The notes under the pieces are model-generated. The model saw nothing but the letters and a program-made list of their open reading frames with translations. It did no database searches and had not been told where the DNA came from. A stretch of 19,526 bases of DNA from NCBI GenBank assembly GCA_016213235.1, contig JACRBE010000015.1, positions 1 through 19,526 of the forward strand, read 5' to 3'. The DNA comes from Chlamydiales bacterium (GTDB taxonomy: Bacteria; Chlamydiota; Chlamydiia; Chlamydiales; JACRBE01). The first letter of the stretch is position 1. Every line of letters begins with the position of its first letter. A program made the position numbers and the translations under genes. Below, piece after piece: positions 1 to 7,534 of this stretch.

Positions 1-396
1 ATTGCGGAAGATTTTTATAAAAGGATATTTAGAAAAGACGCCTCTTCCAAAGAACTATTGTTCATTTCAAGAATGAGTATTTTTATTATCGCCATATTAG
101 CATATTTCATTGCTGCTTCTAAAAATCAATCCATTTTCAATTTGGTATCCTATGCATGGTTTGGCCTTGGCTCATCTTTTGGACCTCTTTTAATTTTTAG
201 CCTATATTCCAAAACTGTTAATCGCTATGGTGCGTGGGCAGGTATTCTTTCCGGCGGCGGAATTGCTGCTATCTGGCCAGTTATTAATTCTGTATTTTCC
301 ATGAATATCCCCACATTGATACCTGCATTTGGTATTAGTTGCTTATCTATTCTTGTTTTTTCAAGAGTATTTCAATATAAGGAGATGGAAAGTTGA
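1..396 (+). CDS. putP: Sodium/proline symporter (SSS family), C-terminal part; 5' truncated by the window edge
   Basis: Frame 1 is open from base 1 (IAEDFYKRIFRKDASSKELLFISR...), so the ORF extends upstream of the track start at 58. Contains PutP-typical LVSYAWFGLGSSFGP..LFSLY and several transmembrane segments. Stop TGA 394-396. Confidence 0.85.
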   Translation: MAEDFYKRIFRKDASSKELLFISRMSIFIIAILAYFIAASKNQSIFNLVSYAWFGLGSSFGPLLIFSLYSKTVNRYGAWAGILSGGGIAAIWPVINSVFSMNIPTLIPAFGISCLSILVFSRVFQYKEMES

Positions 397-1160
397 AGAA
401 ACCTGCTATTTTACTAGTAAATGATGATGGTATTCACGCAAATGGATTATGTTATCTTTACGAGGCAGTAAAAGATCTAGGAGATGTTACTGTTGTTGCT
501 CCTGCAAAGGAACAATCTGGCAAAGGGCTTAGCATCACCATCGATGGTCCTATCAAAGTAGAGGAAATAGCTTGGCAAGATACTACAGCATATCAAGTTT
601 ATGGTACGCCTGCTGACTGTGTCAAAATAGCTTTTAGCATACTCAAACATGAGCCAGATTTCATCTTATCTGGTATTAACAAAGGGTGTAATAGTGGTCG
701 TAATGTCCTATATAGTGGAACTGTGGGGGGCGTCATTGAAGGGGTATTTCGTAACATCCCAGGCATTGCTTTTTCTTGTAGAGATTTTCACAATCCAAAC
801 TATGCAATATGCCATGATTATATCAGATTGATTTTCCGACATTTTCAGGAAAATAAAATCCCATTAGGCACTCTAATGAATGTGAATTTTCCAAAACATT
901 TAAAAGAAGATGTTAAAGGAATTAGATATGCTACCCAAGGACAAAGCTATTGGATGGAAGATCACCTGCGTTCAGAAGATAATCTACATCACTTTGATGC
1001 TATTTGGGTAAATTTTGAAGAGGCACCAACTAGTGATGTCTGTTTATTAAAACAAGGGTATGTGACGGTTTGTCCTATCAAAGTATCCCCATTAACTGAT
1101 ATGGAACATTTTGCTCTTCATCATGAAACTTTTAACGAAAAATATAAGTATCTTTCTTAA
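393..1160 (+). CDS. surE: 5'/3'-nucleotidase SurE
   Basis: Motifs ILLVNDDG, VVAP..EQSG, GTPADCV, SGINKG.N and YSGTVGG. TTG start overlaps the putP stop (TTGA). Confidence 0.95.
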   Translation: MKKPAILLVNDDGIHANGLCYLYEAVKDLGDVTVVAPAKEQSGKGLSITIDGPIKVEEIAWQDTTAYQVYGTPADCVKIAFSILKHEPDFILSGINKGCNSGRNVLYSGTVGGVIEGVFRNIPGIAFSCRDFHNPNYAICHDYIRLIFRHFQENKIPLGTLMNVNFPKHLKEDVKGIRYATQGQSYWMEDHLRSEDNLHHFDAIWVNFEEAPTSDVCLLKQGYVTVCPIKVSPLTDMEHFALHHETFNEKYKYLS

Positions 1161-1576
1161 TCTTCTAGGGCCTTTGTTACTTGAAGATGCTGATCGATCT
1201 TATGCAGACCATCTCGCTGCAGCGTTTCCATGATTGCTGGGGCGCCATCTATCTCGTATAATCGGACCATCCAATACTTCAATTTATCAGATAGCTCCTT
1301 ATCAATAGGAAACTCATCTACAGCGCTTGGTGCAAATTCGTTTGCCTTGATCATCATATCTACTAGTATGTTAATCTGTTTTTTTATTTTAGAAGACTGT
1401 TTGAGCAAATCTTCTTTAGTTTCAATAGCGGATAATAGAACAATGAGCCTATTCACTTCTATTTTTGCATCTAATTGAATATCTTCCCTAGAAGTAGGAC
1501 TACATCCTACAAGACATAGACTAATAAGAAGTATCCAGCCATTTATCACTGGATAGTATTTCTTCAAAACTGACAT
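1157..1576 (-). CDS. Hypothetical lipoprotein, predicted helical
   Basis: From ATG 1576: MSVLKKYY..ILLISLCLVG|C gives a basic N-region, hydrophobic core and lipobox LVGC. The track start (1609) is less likely; TTG 1567 is an alternative. Its stop shares the TTAA at 1157-1160 with the surE stop. Confidence 0.65.
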   Translation of the reverse strand: MSVLKKYYPVINGWILLISLCLVGCSPTSREDIQLDAKIEVNRLIVLLSAIETKEDLLKQSSKIKKQINILVDMMIKANEFAPSAVDEFPIDKELSDKLKYWMVRLYEIDGAPAIMETLQRDGLHKIDQHLQVTKALED

Positions 1577-2102
1577 TTTCAATCGGATATTTCTCCCAGT
1601 TACAATCATTAAAATGCCACCACTCTGTTGGAAAAGTAAGGAATTTTTCCTCTAGCATCACGTTTATTAAAAACGAGCGATTTTCAATTGCAGCTCGTGG
1701 TCCATCAAAATAGTCTAGATGCGCTCTAGAAGTAAGTTCGTCAAAGTTGCTTGGCATCAGCCATTCTTGCCTTGTTTTTAGATTAATAATCGTTAAATCA
1801 ACCGCAGCTCCCCTATTGTGTTTGGATCCAACTGTTGGATCTGCAACATAGCGACTATCGTGAATTAAATCCCAAAAACCTTGCGTCACAAAAAAAGGAC
1901 GATACCCATCAAATACTTTTAACCCAAGTCCCCTTGTTTCTAACTTCTTTTGAACTTTATCTAATTTCTTCGCAATAGAAACACGTAAAAAGCATTTAGG
2001 AAGATTGTACCACTTCCTACCTGTGAAATTATTGGTTGTAGCGTATCGAATATCAAGTACAATATTAGGATTCACCTTTTCTAAATCCACAAACTTTTCC
2101 AT
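1521..2102 (-). CDS. ddpX: D-alanyl-D-alanine dipeptidase (VanX/DdpX, peptidase M15D)
   Basis: Motifs DIRYAT.NNF.G, DGYRP, the Zn-binding SKHNRGAAVD (SxHxxGxAxD) and EWWHF. No signal peptide; an in-frame stop lies 7 codons upstream of the ATG. Confidence 0.92.
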   Translation of the reverse strand: MEKFVDLEKVNPNIVLDIRYATTNNFTGRKWYNLPKCFLRVSIAKKLDKVQKKLETRGLGLKVFDGYRPFFVTQGFWDLIHDSRYVADPTVGSKHNRGAAVDLTIINLKTRQEWLMPSNFDELTSRAHLDYFDGPRAAIENRSFLINVMLEEKFLTFPTEWWHFNDCNWEKYPIENVSFEEILSSDKWLDTSY

Positions 2103-2296
2103 CTCATTCTCAATGTTCTTTTATCTTATTTTTAACAAATGATTCATTTTTTCCAACAAATTGTTATTTTTACAAATTCTTTCAAAATAAATAAAACATG
2201 AGATATTTAATCAAAAAAATAATAAAAATTAATTAAACTATTAAAACATATTTATAAAATAGCATTTTCAATTCGCGAGAAGTTGTTTAAAAATCC

Positions 2297-2325
2297 TTGA
2301 GAAAAAAAGATTATTCCGTTTTAAT
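2297..2325 (+). promoter_or_regulatory. Putative sigma70/sigma66-type promoter for the tRNA-Val/tRNA-Asp(-yitT) unit
   Basis: TTGAGA (2297-2302), N17, TTTAAT (2320-2325). Ends 16 nt before tRNA-Val, with a very A/T-rich upstream region. Confidence 0.45.
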
Positions 2326-2341
2326 AGTTGTCATGTTTTTA

Positions 2342-2414
2342 GGGCGTATAGCTCAGTTGGTAGAGCTCCTGTCTTACACACAGGTGGTCATAGGTTCGAG
2401 TCCTGTTGCGCCCA
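2342..2414 (+). tRNA. tRNA-Val (anticodon TAC)
   Basis: Acceptor GGGCGTA/TGCGCCC with discriminator A; D-arm GCTC-AGTTGGTA-GAGC; anticodon arm CCTGT-CTTACAC-ACAGG; T-arm with GGTTCGAGTCC. 73 nt, CCA not encoded. Confidence 0.97.
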
Positions 2415-2433
2415 ACATTTAGTCTCTAATTAT

Positions 2434-2507
2434 GCGGGAGTAGTTCAATCGGTTAGAGCACCAGCCTGTCACGCTGGAAGTTGCGAGTTCGAGTCTCGTC
2501 TCCCGCG
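2434..2507 (+). tRNA. tRNA-Asp (anticodon GTC)
   Basis: Acceptor GCGGGAG/CTCCCGC with discriminator G; anticodon arm CCAGC-CTGTCAC-GCTGG; T-arm GCGAG-TTCGAGT-CTCGT. 74 nt, CCA not encoded. Confidence 0.97.
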
Positions 2508-2526
2508 AAACCTTATATGGAGATTT

Positions 2527-3426
2527 ATGAAAGAAGAAACAAAAGTGATCAAATCTCCCCTTCAATTTGGATTATCTTTTATTGGTCTTTTTTGCGGTGC
2601 ACTACTTGGTGCATTTGCCATCAGGGTATTTTTTTTACCAAATAATCTAATTGACGGTGGTATTGTTGGTATTTCGTTGATATTTGGTCGTTTATTTGGA
2701 GACTATCTAGTATCTATTTTCTTAATCGTTTTTAACCTACCTTTTATTTATCTTGCATATAAGCACTTAAGGAAAACATTTGTTATTCAAATGGCGATTG
2801 CTATCGTCTTGTTTGCAGGTTTTTTGTCTTTATGTGAAGGCCTAGCCCCCTTTAATGGTGATTCACTGGAAATCATTGTGATTGGTGGTGCTTTACTCGG
2901 TATTGCAGCAGGACTTATCATCCGATTTGGTGGTTGTACAGATGGCTCTGAAATTTTAGCCATTTTGATTAATCGCAAATTTGGATTTACCGTAGGCCAG
3001 GTGATTTTATTCATTAACGTATTCGTATTTGGGGCCTATGGATTTATCTTTTTGGACTGGCATATCGCTCTAAAATCATTAATGGCCTATATCGTAGCTG
3101 TCAAAATGATGGACCTTGTGATTACAGGGCTTGATGAGTTAAAATCCGTTACTATCATTACTAACAATCCTAAAATACTCTCAGAAGCAATTACAAAAGA
3201 ACTAGGACTTGGCCTTACTGTCATGTATGGACGTGGAGGATACTCTGGAGAAGAGAGAGAAATCTTATTTGTAATTGTAGAAAGGCTAGATTTAGCCGAT
3301 TTAAAAGAGCTGGTACAAAGAAAAGATCCTACTGCGTTTGTAGCAATTGAGAATTTACATGAAGTGGTATATGGCAAATCGACCAGACCAAGACCCAAAA
3401 AAAAGAGATTAAAGCTAACCCATTAG
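2527..3426 (+). CDS. YitT family membrane protein (DUF161 + DUF2179)
   Basis: PNNLIDGGIVG, FNLPF, GGCTDG.EI, multiple transmembrane helices, and a C-terminal G.GGYSG...DPTAFV domain. SD GGAG at 2519-2522. Confidence 0.9.
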   Translation: MKEETKVIKSPLQFGLSFIGLFCGALLGAFAIRVFFLPNNLIDGGIVGISLIFGRLFGDYLVSIFLIVFNLPFIYLAYKHLRKTFVIQMAIAIVLFAGFLSLCEGLAPFNGDSLEIIVIGGALLGIAAGLIIRFGGCTDGSEILAILINRKFGFTVGQVILFINVFVFGAYGFIFLDWHIALKSLMAYIVAVKMMDLVITGLDELKSVTIITNNPKILSEAITKELGLGLTVMYGRGGYSGEEREILFVIVERLDLADLKELVQRKDPTAFVAIENLHEVVYGKSTRPRPKKKRLKLTH

Positions 3427-3429
3427 CTT
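3412..3429. terminator. Possible weak terminator hairpin between convergent yitT and rmlA
   Basis: AAGCTAA-CCCA-TTAGCTT, a perfect 7-bp stem overlapping the yitT stop. On the minus strand it is followed by TAATCTC and a T-run. Confidence 0.3.
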
Positions 3430-3526
3430 CTTGGTACAGGTGTAATTAAATGAAGAAACAAACTGCAAGCAGCTAAAAACCAACCCCTACAGCGCAACAA
3501 ACTGTAAGACACTAACAATTAATTGG

Positions 3527-4438
3527 TTAATGACATGCAAGGGTATTGTTTGGTATAAAAAGACGTTTTTTTTCTTTTAATACGATTTTGCTTAGGTATT
3601 CCCCATAAGAACTGGCTTTCAGTTTATCTGCTAGGGCGCTAATAGCATCAAGGGTAATCCAGCCCTGGTTATAAGCTATTTCCTCTATGGAGGCAATTTG
3701 TATGCCCTGTCTATCTTGAATGGTTTGAACAAAAGAAGCTGCCTGATGGAGAGCTTCGTGGGTACCCATATCAAGCCATGCAAAACCACTATCAAAGAGG
3801 GTAACATCTAGTTTTCCTTTATCTAGATAAATCTGGTTTAAATCGGTTATTTCCAGTTCTTTTCTGTTAGATGGTTTTAGCTGTTTAGCATAAGAAACTG
3901 CATTATTATCATAAAAATAAAGACCGGTAACAGCATAATCCGATGGAGGATCTTTCGGCTTTTCAATAATTGCTTTTGGTCTGTTTTGCTCATCAAAGTC
4001 AATTACCCCATATCGAGAAGGATTTTTAATTTTATAACCAAAAACAGCAGCTCCTTCAAATCTCTCTTTTGTCTCTAGCAACAGAGTAGCGAGGTTATAT
4101 CCATAAAAAATATTATCACCCAAAATGAGTGCTACATTGGAATTGGCAATAAATGTTTCTGCGATAATTAATGATTGAGCAATACCCTCTGGTTTTGGCT
4201 GGATTAGATAGATAATGTTAATGCCAAGTGAAGATCCATCACCTAAAACATGCTCAAAACGGGGAAGATCCTCTTTTGTAGAAATAATACAGATTTCCCT
4301 AATGCCAATACTCATTAAAATAGAGAGAGGATAATAAATCATTGGCTTATCATACACAGGCAATAATTGCTTGGTGATGGCAAGCGTAAGAGGATAAAGC
4401 CTAGAACCGCTCCCCCCTGCTAAGATAATACCTTTCAT
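3527..4438 (-). CDS. rmlA: Glucose-1-phosphate thymidylyltransferase
   Basis: MKGIILAGGSGSRLYP, KQLLPVYDKPMIYYP, LILGDNIF, EKP, AVTGLYFY, ELEITD and WLD.GT. ATGA overlap with the accC stop. Confidence 0.95.
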   Translation of the reverse strand: MKGIILAGGSGSRLYPLTLAITKQLLPVYDKPMIYYPLSILMSIGIREICIISTKEDLPRFEHVLGDGSSLGINIIYLIQPKPEGIAQSLIIAETFIANSNVALILGDNIFYGYNLATLLLETKERFEGAAVFGYKIKNPSRYGVIDFDEQNRPKAIIEKPKDPPSDYAVTGLYFYDNNAVSYAKQLKPSNRKELEITDLNQIYLDKGKLDVTLFDSGFAWLDMGTHEALHQAASFVQTIQDRQGIQIASIEEIAYNQGWITLDAISALADKLKASSYGEYLSKIVLKEKKRLFIPNNTLACH

Positions 4439-5796
4439 AGGGAGAAATCACAGCCTTCTTCTATTAAACTATCGATATAAGTAATAGGATAATCTCCGGA
4501 GAGGAACCTCTCATTTTGCAACATAAAAAGATGAAATCCAATGGTTGATTCAATACCACCAATATGAAATTCTCTAAGAGCTCTTTTTGCCTTTGCTACT
4601 GCATCCGTGCGATCATTGCCTTTGATAATGAGTTTTGCAAACATCGAATCATAATGAGGCGGAATGGTATAGCCTGCATATGCTGCAGTATCAATACGCA
4701 CATCGGGACCTCCCGGTGGCACAAAATATTCTAACTTCCCGGGACACGGAGCAAAATTAGCTTTAGGATTCTCTGCATTGATTCTAAATTGAAAAACGTG
4801 GCCTTTCATTTGAATGTCGCTTTGTTTCAAGGTTAGTTTTTCCCCTTGAGCTGCCTTGATTTGCTCTTTTACAAGGTCAATACCTGTTATCTCTTCTGTG
4901 ATCGTATGCTCTACTTGAATACGAGTATTTACTTCCATGAAGTAAAAATTGTTTTTTTCATCTAATAAAAACTCAACGGTTCCTACCGTATGATACCCAG
5001 CTGCTTTTACAATATTGATAGCCGCTTCCCCTAATTTCTTTCGCAAAGCCGGTGTTAGTCTTGGGGATGGTGTCTCTTCAATGAGTTTTTGTCTTCTTCT
5101 TTGTATCGTGCAATCTCTTTCTCCAAGATAAACATAATTACCATGTTTATCACCTAAAATCTGTATTTCCACATGTCTTGGATTAACAATCATTTTTTCC
5201 AAATAAACATCTGGTGAATTAAATGAATTCTCCCCTTCTGCGCGAGCGGCCATAAATTTTCTTAAAAAATCATCTTCTCCATCAGCAATACGAATCCCTT
5301 TTCCACCACCACCATGTGCCGCTTTAATAAAAACGGGAAATCCTATTTTCTTAGCGACTTCTAAAGCTTTTTCTGGATCATCAATTACCCCATCCGATCC
5401 CGGAATGATGGGGACTTTTACTTTTTTAGCAATTGTCTTTGCCTGTACTTTATCTCCAAGAAGTTCAATTGTTTGATGCGATGGTCCAATGAATGTAAGT
5501 CCACAACTTTCACAAATAGAGGCAAAATTTGCATTTTCACTCAAATAACCATATCCGGGATGAACGGCATCAGCTCCCGTGATTTCTGCTGCTGCTAAAA
5601 TATTGGATATTTTTAAATAGGATTCTGTAGATGGAGCATTGCCAATACAGATTGCCTCATCTGCATTAAGCACATGCAGACTCTCTGCGTCTGCTGTAGA
5701 ATATACCGCTACGGTTAATAATCCGAGGTCATGGCATGCTCGAATAACTCTTACAGCAATTTCACCACGGTTTGCAATAAGAACTTTTTTTATCAT
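4435..5796 (-). CDS. accC: Acetyl-CoA carboxylase, biotin carboxylase subunit
   Basis: KVLIANRGEIAVR, HPGYGYLSEN, GGGGKG, ERDCTIQRR, FMEVNTRIQVEH and PP.YDSM.AKLI. Confidence 0.97.
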   Translation of the reverse strand: MIKKVLIANRGEIAVRVIRACHDLGLLTVAVYSTADAESLHVLNADEAICIGNAPSTESYLKISNILAAAEITGADAVHPGYGYLSENANFASICESCGLTFIGPSHQTIELLGDKVQAKTIAKKVKVPIIPGSDGVIDDPEKALEVAKKIGFPVFIKAAHGGGGKGIRIADGEDDFLRKFMAARAEGENSFNSPDVYLEKMIVNPRHVEIQILGDKHGNYVYLGERDCTIQRRRQKLIEETPSPRLTPALRKKLGEAAINIVKAAGYHTVGTVEFLLDEKNNFYFMEVNTRIQVEHTITEEITGIDLVKEQIKAAQGEKLTLKQSDIQMKGHVFQFRINAENPKANFAPCPGKLEYFVPPGGPDVRIDTAAYAGYTIPPHYDSMFAKLIIKGNDRTDAVAKAKRALREFHIGGIESTIGFHLFMLQNERFLSGDYPITYIDSLIEEGCDFSL

Positions 5797-5805
5797 TTCT
5801 TATCC

Positions 5806-6279
5806 TTATTCAATACGAAACAGTTTTGTTCCAAATTCAACAGCCTGGCTATTTTCTATACATATCTCTTTAACAACACCAGCCATGCCCGCTTTTACTT
5901 CATTCATCACTTTCATTGCTTCCACAATACAAACAATCGTGTTCTTATCGACTTTATCACCTACTTTAACAAAGGGAGGCTGTCCTGGACCAGAAAATCG
6001 ATAAAATGTTCCTACCATGGGAGAGTGAATATATTTGCTTTTATCTTCTCCCTTTTTCTCTTCTGCAGATTTTGCACTATCTGGAGCAGATAATACAACA
6101 TGCGGATGAGCTGGCATTGCTTGCATGGCTGCAGCATGTTTGGCAGCAAGTGATATTTCAGAGTAATCGGTTTCTTTTTCCAAAGAAATTTCAAAGCCAT
6201 TTTTTTCTTTTATCGAAATTTTTTTTAACTTCGATTTTTCCAGCAGCGTAATTAACTCTTTTACTTGTTTTAAATCCAT
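5806..6279 (-). CDS. accB: Acetyl-CoA carboxylase, biotin carboxyl carrier protein
   Basis: SPMVGTFY, biotinylation motif EAMKVMN, Ala/Pro-rich linker. SD-like GAGAGGGG upstream. Confidence 0.97.
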   Translation of the reverse strand: MDLKQVKELITLLEKSKLKKISIKEKNGFEISLEKETDYSEISLAAKHAAAMQAMPAHPHVVLSAPDSAKSAEEKKGEDKSKYIHSPMVGTFYRFSGPGQPPFVKVGDKVDKNTIVCIVEAMKVMNEVKAGMAGVVKEICIENSQAVEFGTKLFRIE

Positions 6280-6290
6280 GTATTCCCCTC

Positions 6291-6848
6291 TTATACCCGT
6301 TGAACAAATTCACTGGTGTTTGTATCTACTTTCACTACATCACCCGATTCTATAAACATGGGCACTTCTATTTTAGCCCCAGTTTCTAAAATCGCAATTT
6401 TACTAGAACCGGATACAGAAGAATTTGGATCTATATCTTCTGTTTTCACAATCATAAGTTCTAAAAATTGTGGTAGCTCTATAGAGAAAATAGTATCTCC
6501 ATAAAACATCGCTTTGACTTCTGTTCCCTCTTTCAAAAAGTTTATTCTATCTTCGATAATTGCCTGCTTTATTGGGACTTGATCTAGTGTAGTAATATCT
6601 AAAAACACATGAAATCTGCCATCAAGATATAAATACTCTAATTGCCTTTCTGAAAGCTTGACATCTTCTACTTCTTGATCAAGCATGAAGTTTTTTTCAA
6701 CCACTTCCTCTGTCATCAGGTTTTTCAGCTTTGTCTTAATAAAGGGGACACCTTTGGCCATCGACACTTTGACAGAAGATTCTACACGATAAATTTCATT
6801 ATCTATAGAGATGGTAATGCCCGGTGAAATTTGTGAACTTTTTATCAT
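6291..6848 (-). CDS. efp: Elongation factor P family protein (divergent paralogue)
   Basis: 185 aa with EYLY.DG, LETG..I.VP.FI..GD.VKVDT and the F/YxxRV C-terminus. The canonical PGKG loop is replaced by SMAKG. Confidence 0.9.
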   Translation of the reverse strand: MIKSSQISPGITISIDNEIYRVESSVKVSMAKGVPFIKTKLKNLMTEEVVEKNFMLDQEVEDVKLSERQLEYLYLDGRFHVFLDITTLDQVPIKQAIIEDRINFLKEGTEVKAMFYGDTIFSIELPQFLELMIVKTEDIDPNSSVSGSSKIAILETGAKIEVPMFIESGDVVKVDTNTSEFVQRV

Positions 6849-7534
6849 ATGTTTCCTAAATCGTTCTTATTTTGAATTATTTTTAATACATCAACTAACT
6901 CAGAAAGAGAGAAAATAGTGTAATCGACATCCATGTGATGAGTGGATTGAAGAACTCCTCTTCCTTGTTTAATGTGAATGGTATTCATCCCAAGTATTTT
7001 TGCAGGAGATAAATCTTGTTGTATACGATCTCCACAAACAACTATATCCTTTGGATGATATTGAAAATCTTTTAAAAATTCTTGGTAATATTTTCCTTTT
7101 TCTTCACTTTTACACACAATAATACGACTAAAGAGCTGTTCGGAAATTTGAGCAAGTCGAAGTTTTAATAGTTGGTATTGTTTTTCTCCGGCAGTTACCA
7201 GTCCTATGGAATGCTCAGAAGAGATTCGCTGCAGCATTTCATTTGCTCCATCTACTTCTATCTTTATCTCTGCTAAGTCAGATTTTTCCAGTTCCCTTAT
7301 TGCAATAGGGAAAAAAATCATATCTATTTCATTTAACTCTAAAAATTCCTGTATGGCAGAGCGGCTATTTTTTGCTCCCGCATTAATGGTAAGCAACTCT
7401 GTTAATGCCCCTTGCTTATTTTTTAACACAAGACCTTCTCTTATCATGGCATCCATGACTTGTTCGAGCTTTATGGGTAAAATGACACCTGACGTGTCAA
7501 CTAACGTATCATCCAAATCAAATATTACTAACAA
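6845..7534 (-). CDS. HAD-superfamily hydrolase (subfamily IA phosphatase)
   Basis: Motif I FDLDDTL, motif II LVT, motif IV CGDRIQQD. TTG start overlaps the yvcK end by 17 nt; ATGA overlap with efp. Confidence 0.88.
   Translation of the reverse strand: MLVIFDLDDTLVDTSGVILPIKLEQVMDAMIREGLVLKNKQGALTELLTINAGAKNSRSAIQEFLELNEIDMIFFPIAIRELEKSDLAEIKIEVDGANEMLQRISSEHSIGLVTAGEKQYQLLKLRLAQISEQLFSRIIVCKSEEKGKYYQEFLKDFQYHPKDIVVCGDRIQQDLSPAKILGMNTIHIKQGRGVLQSTHHMDVDYTIFSLSELVDVLKIIQNKNDLGNI

Noticed and set aside
2342..2507. tRNA genes as integration sites of a genomic island or prophage
   Set aside because: I saw no integrase and no duplicated tRNA 3' end (att site) in the window.
3385..3426. NLS-like basic tail (RPRPKKKRLK) on YitT
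   Set aside because: YitT is a polytopic inner-membrane protein, and Lys-rich tails arise easily from A-runs. Nothing suggests secretion.
3457..3518. Mini-CRISPR interpretation of the direct repeat
   Set aside because: Only two degenerate copies with a 16-bp spacer, and no cas genes.
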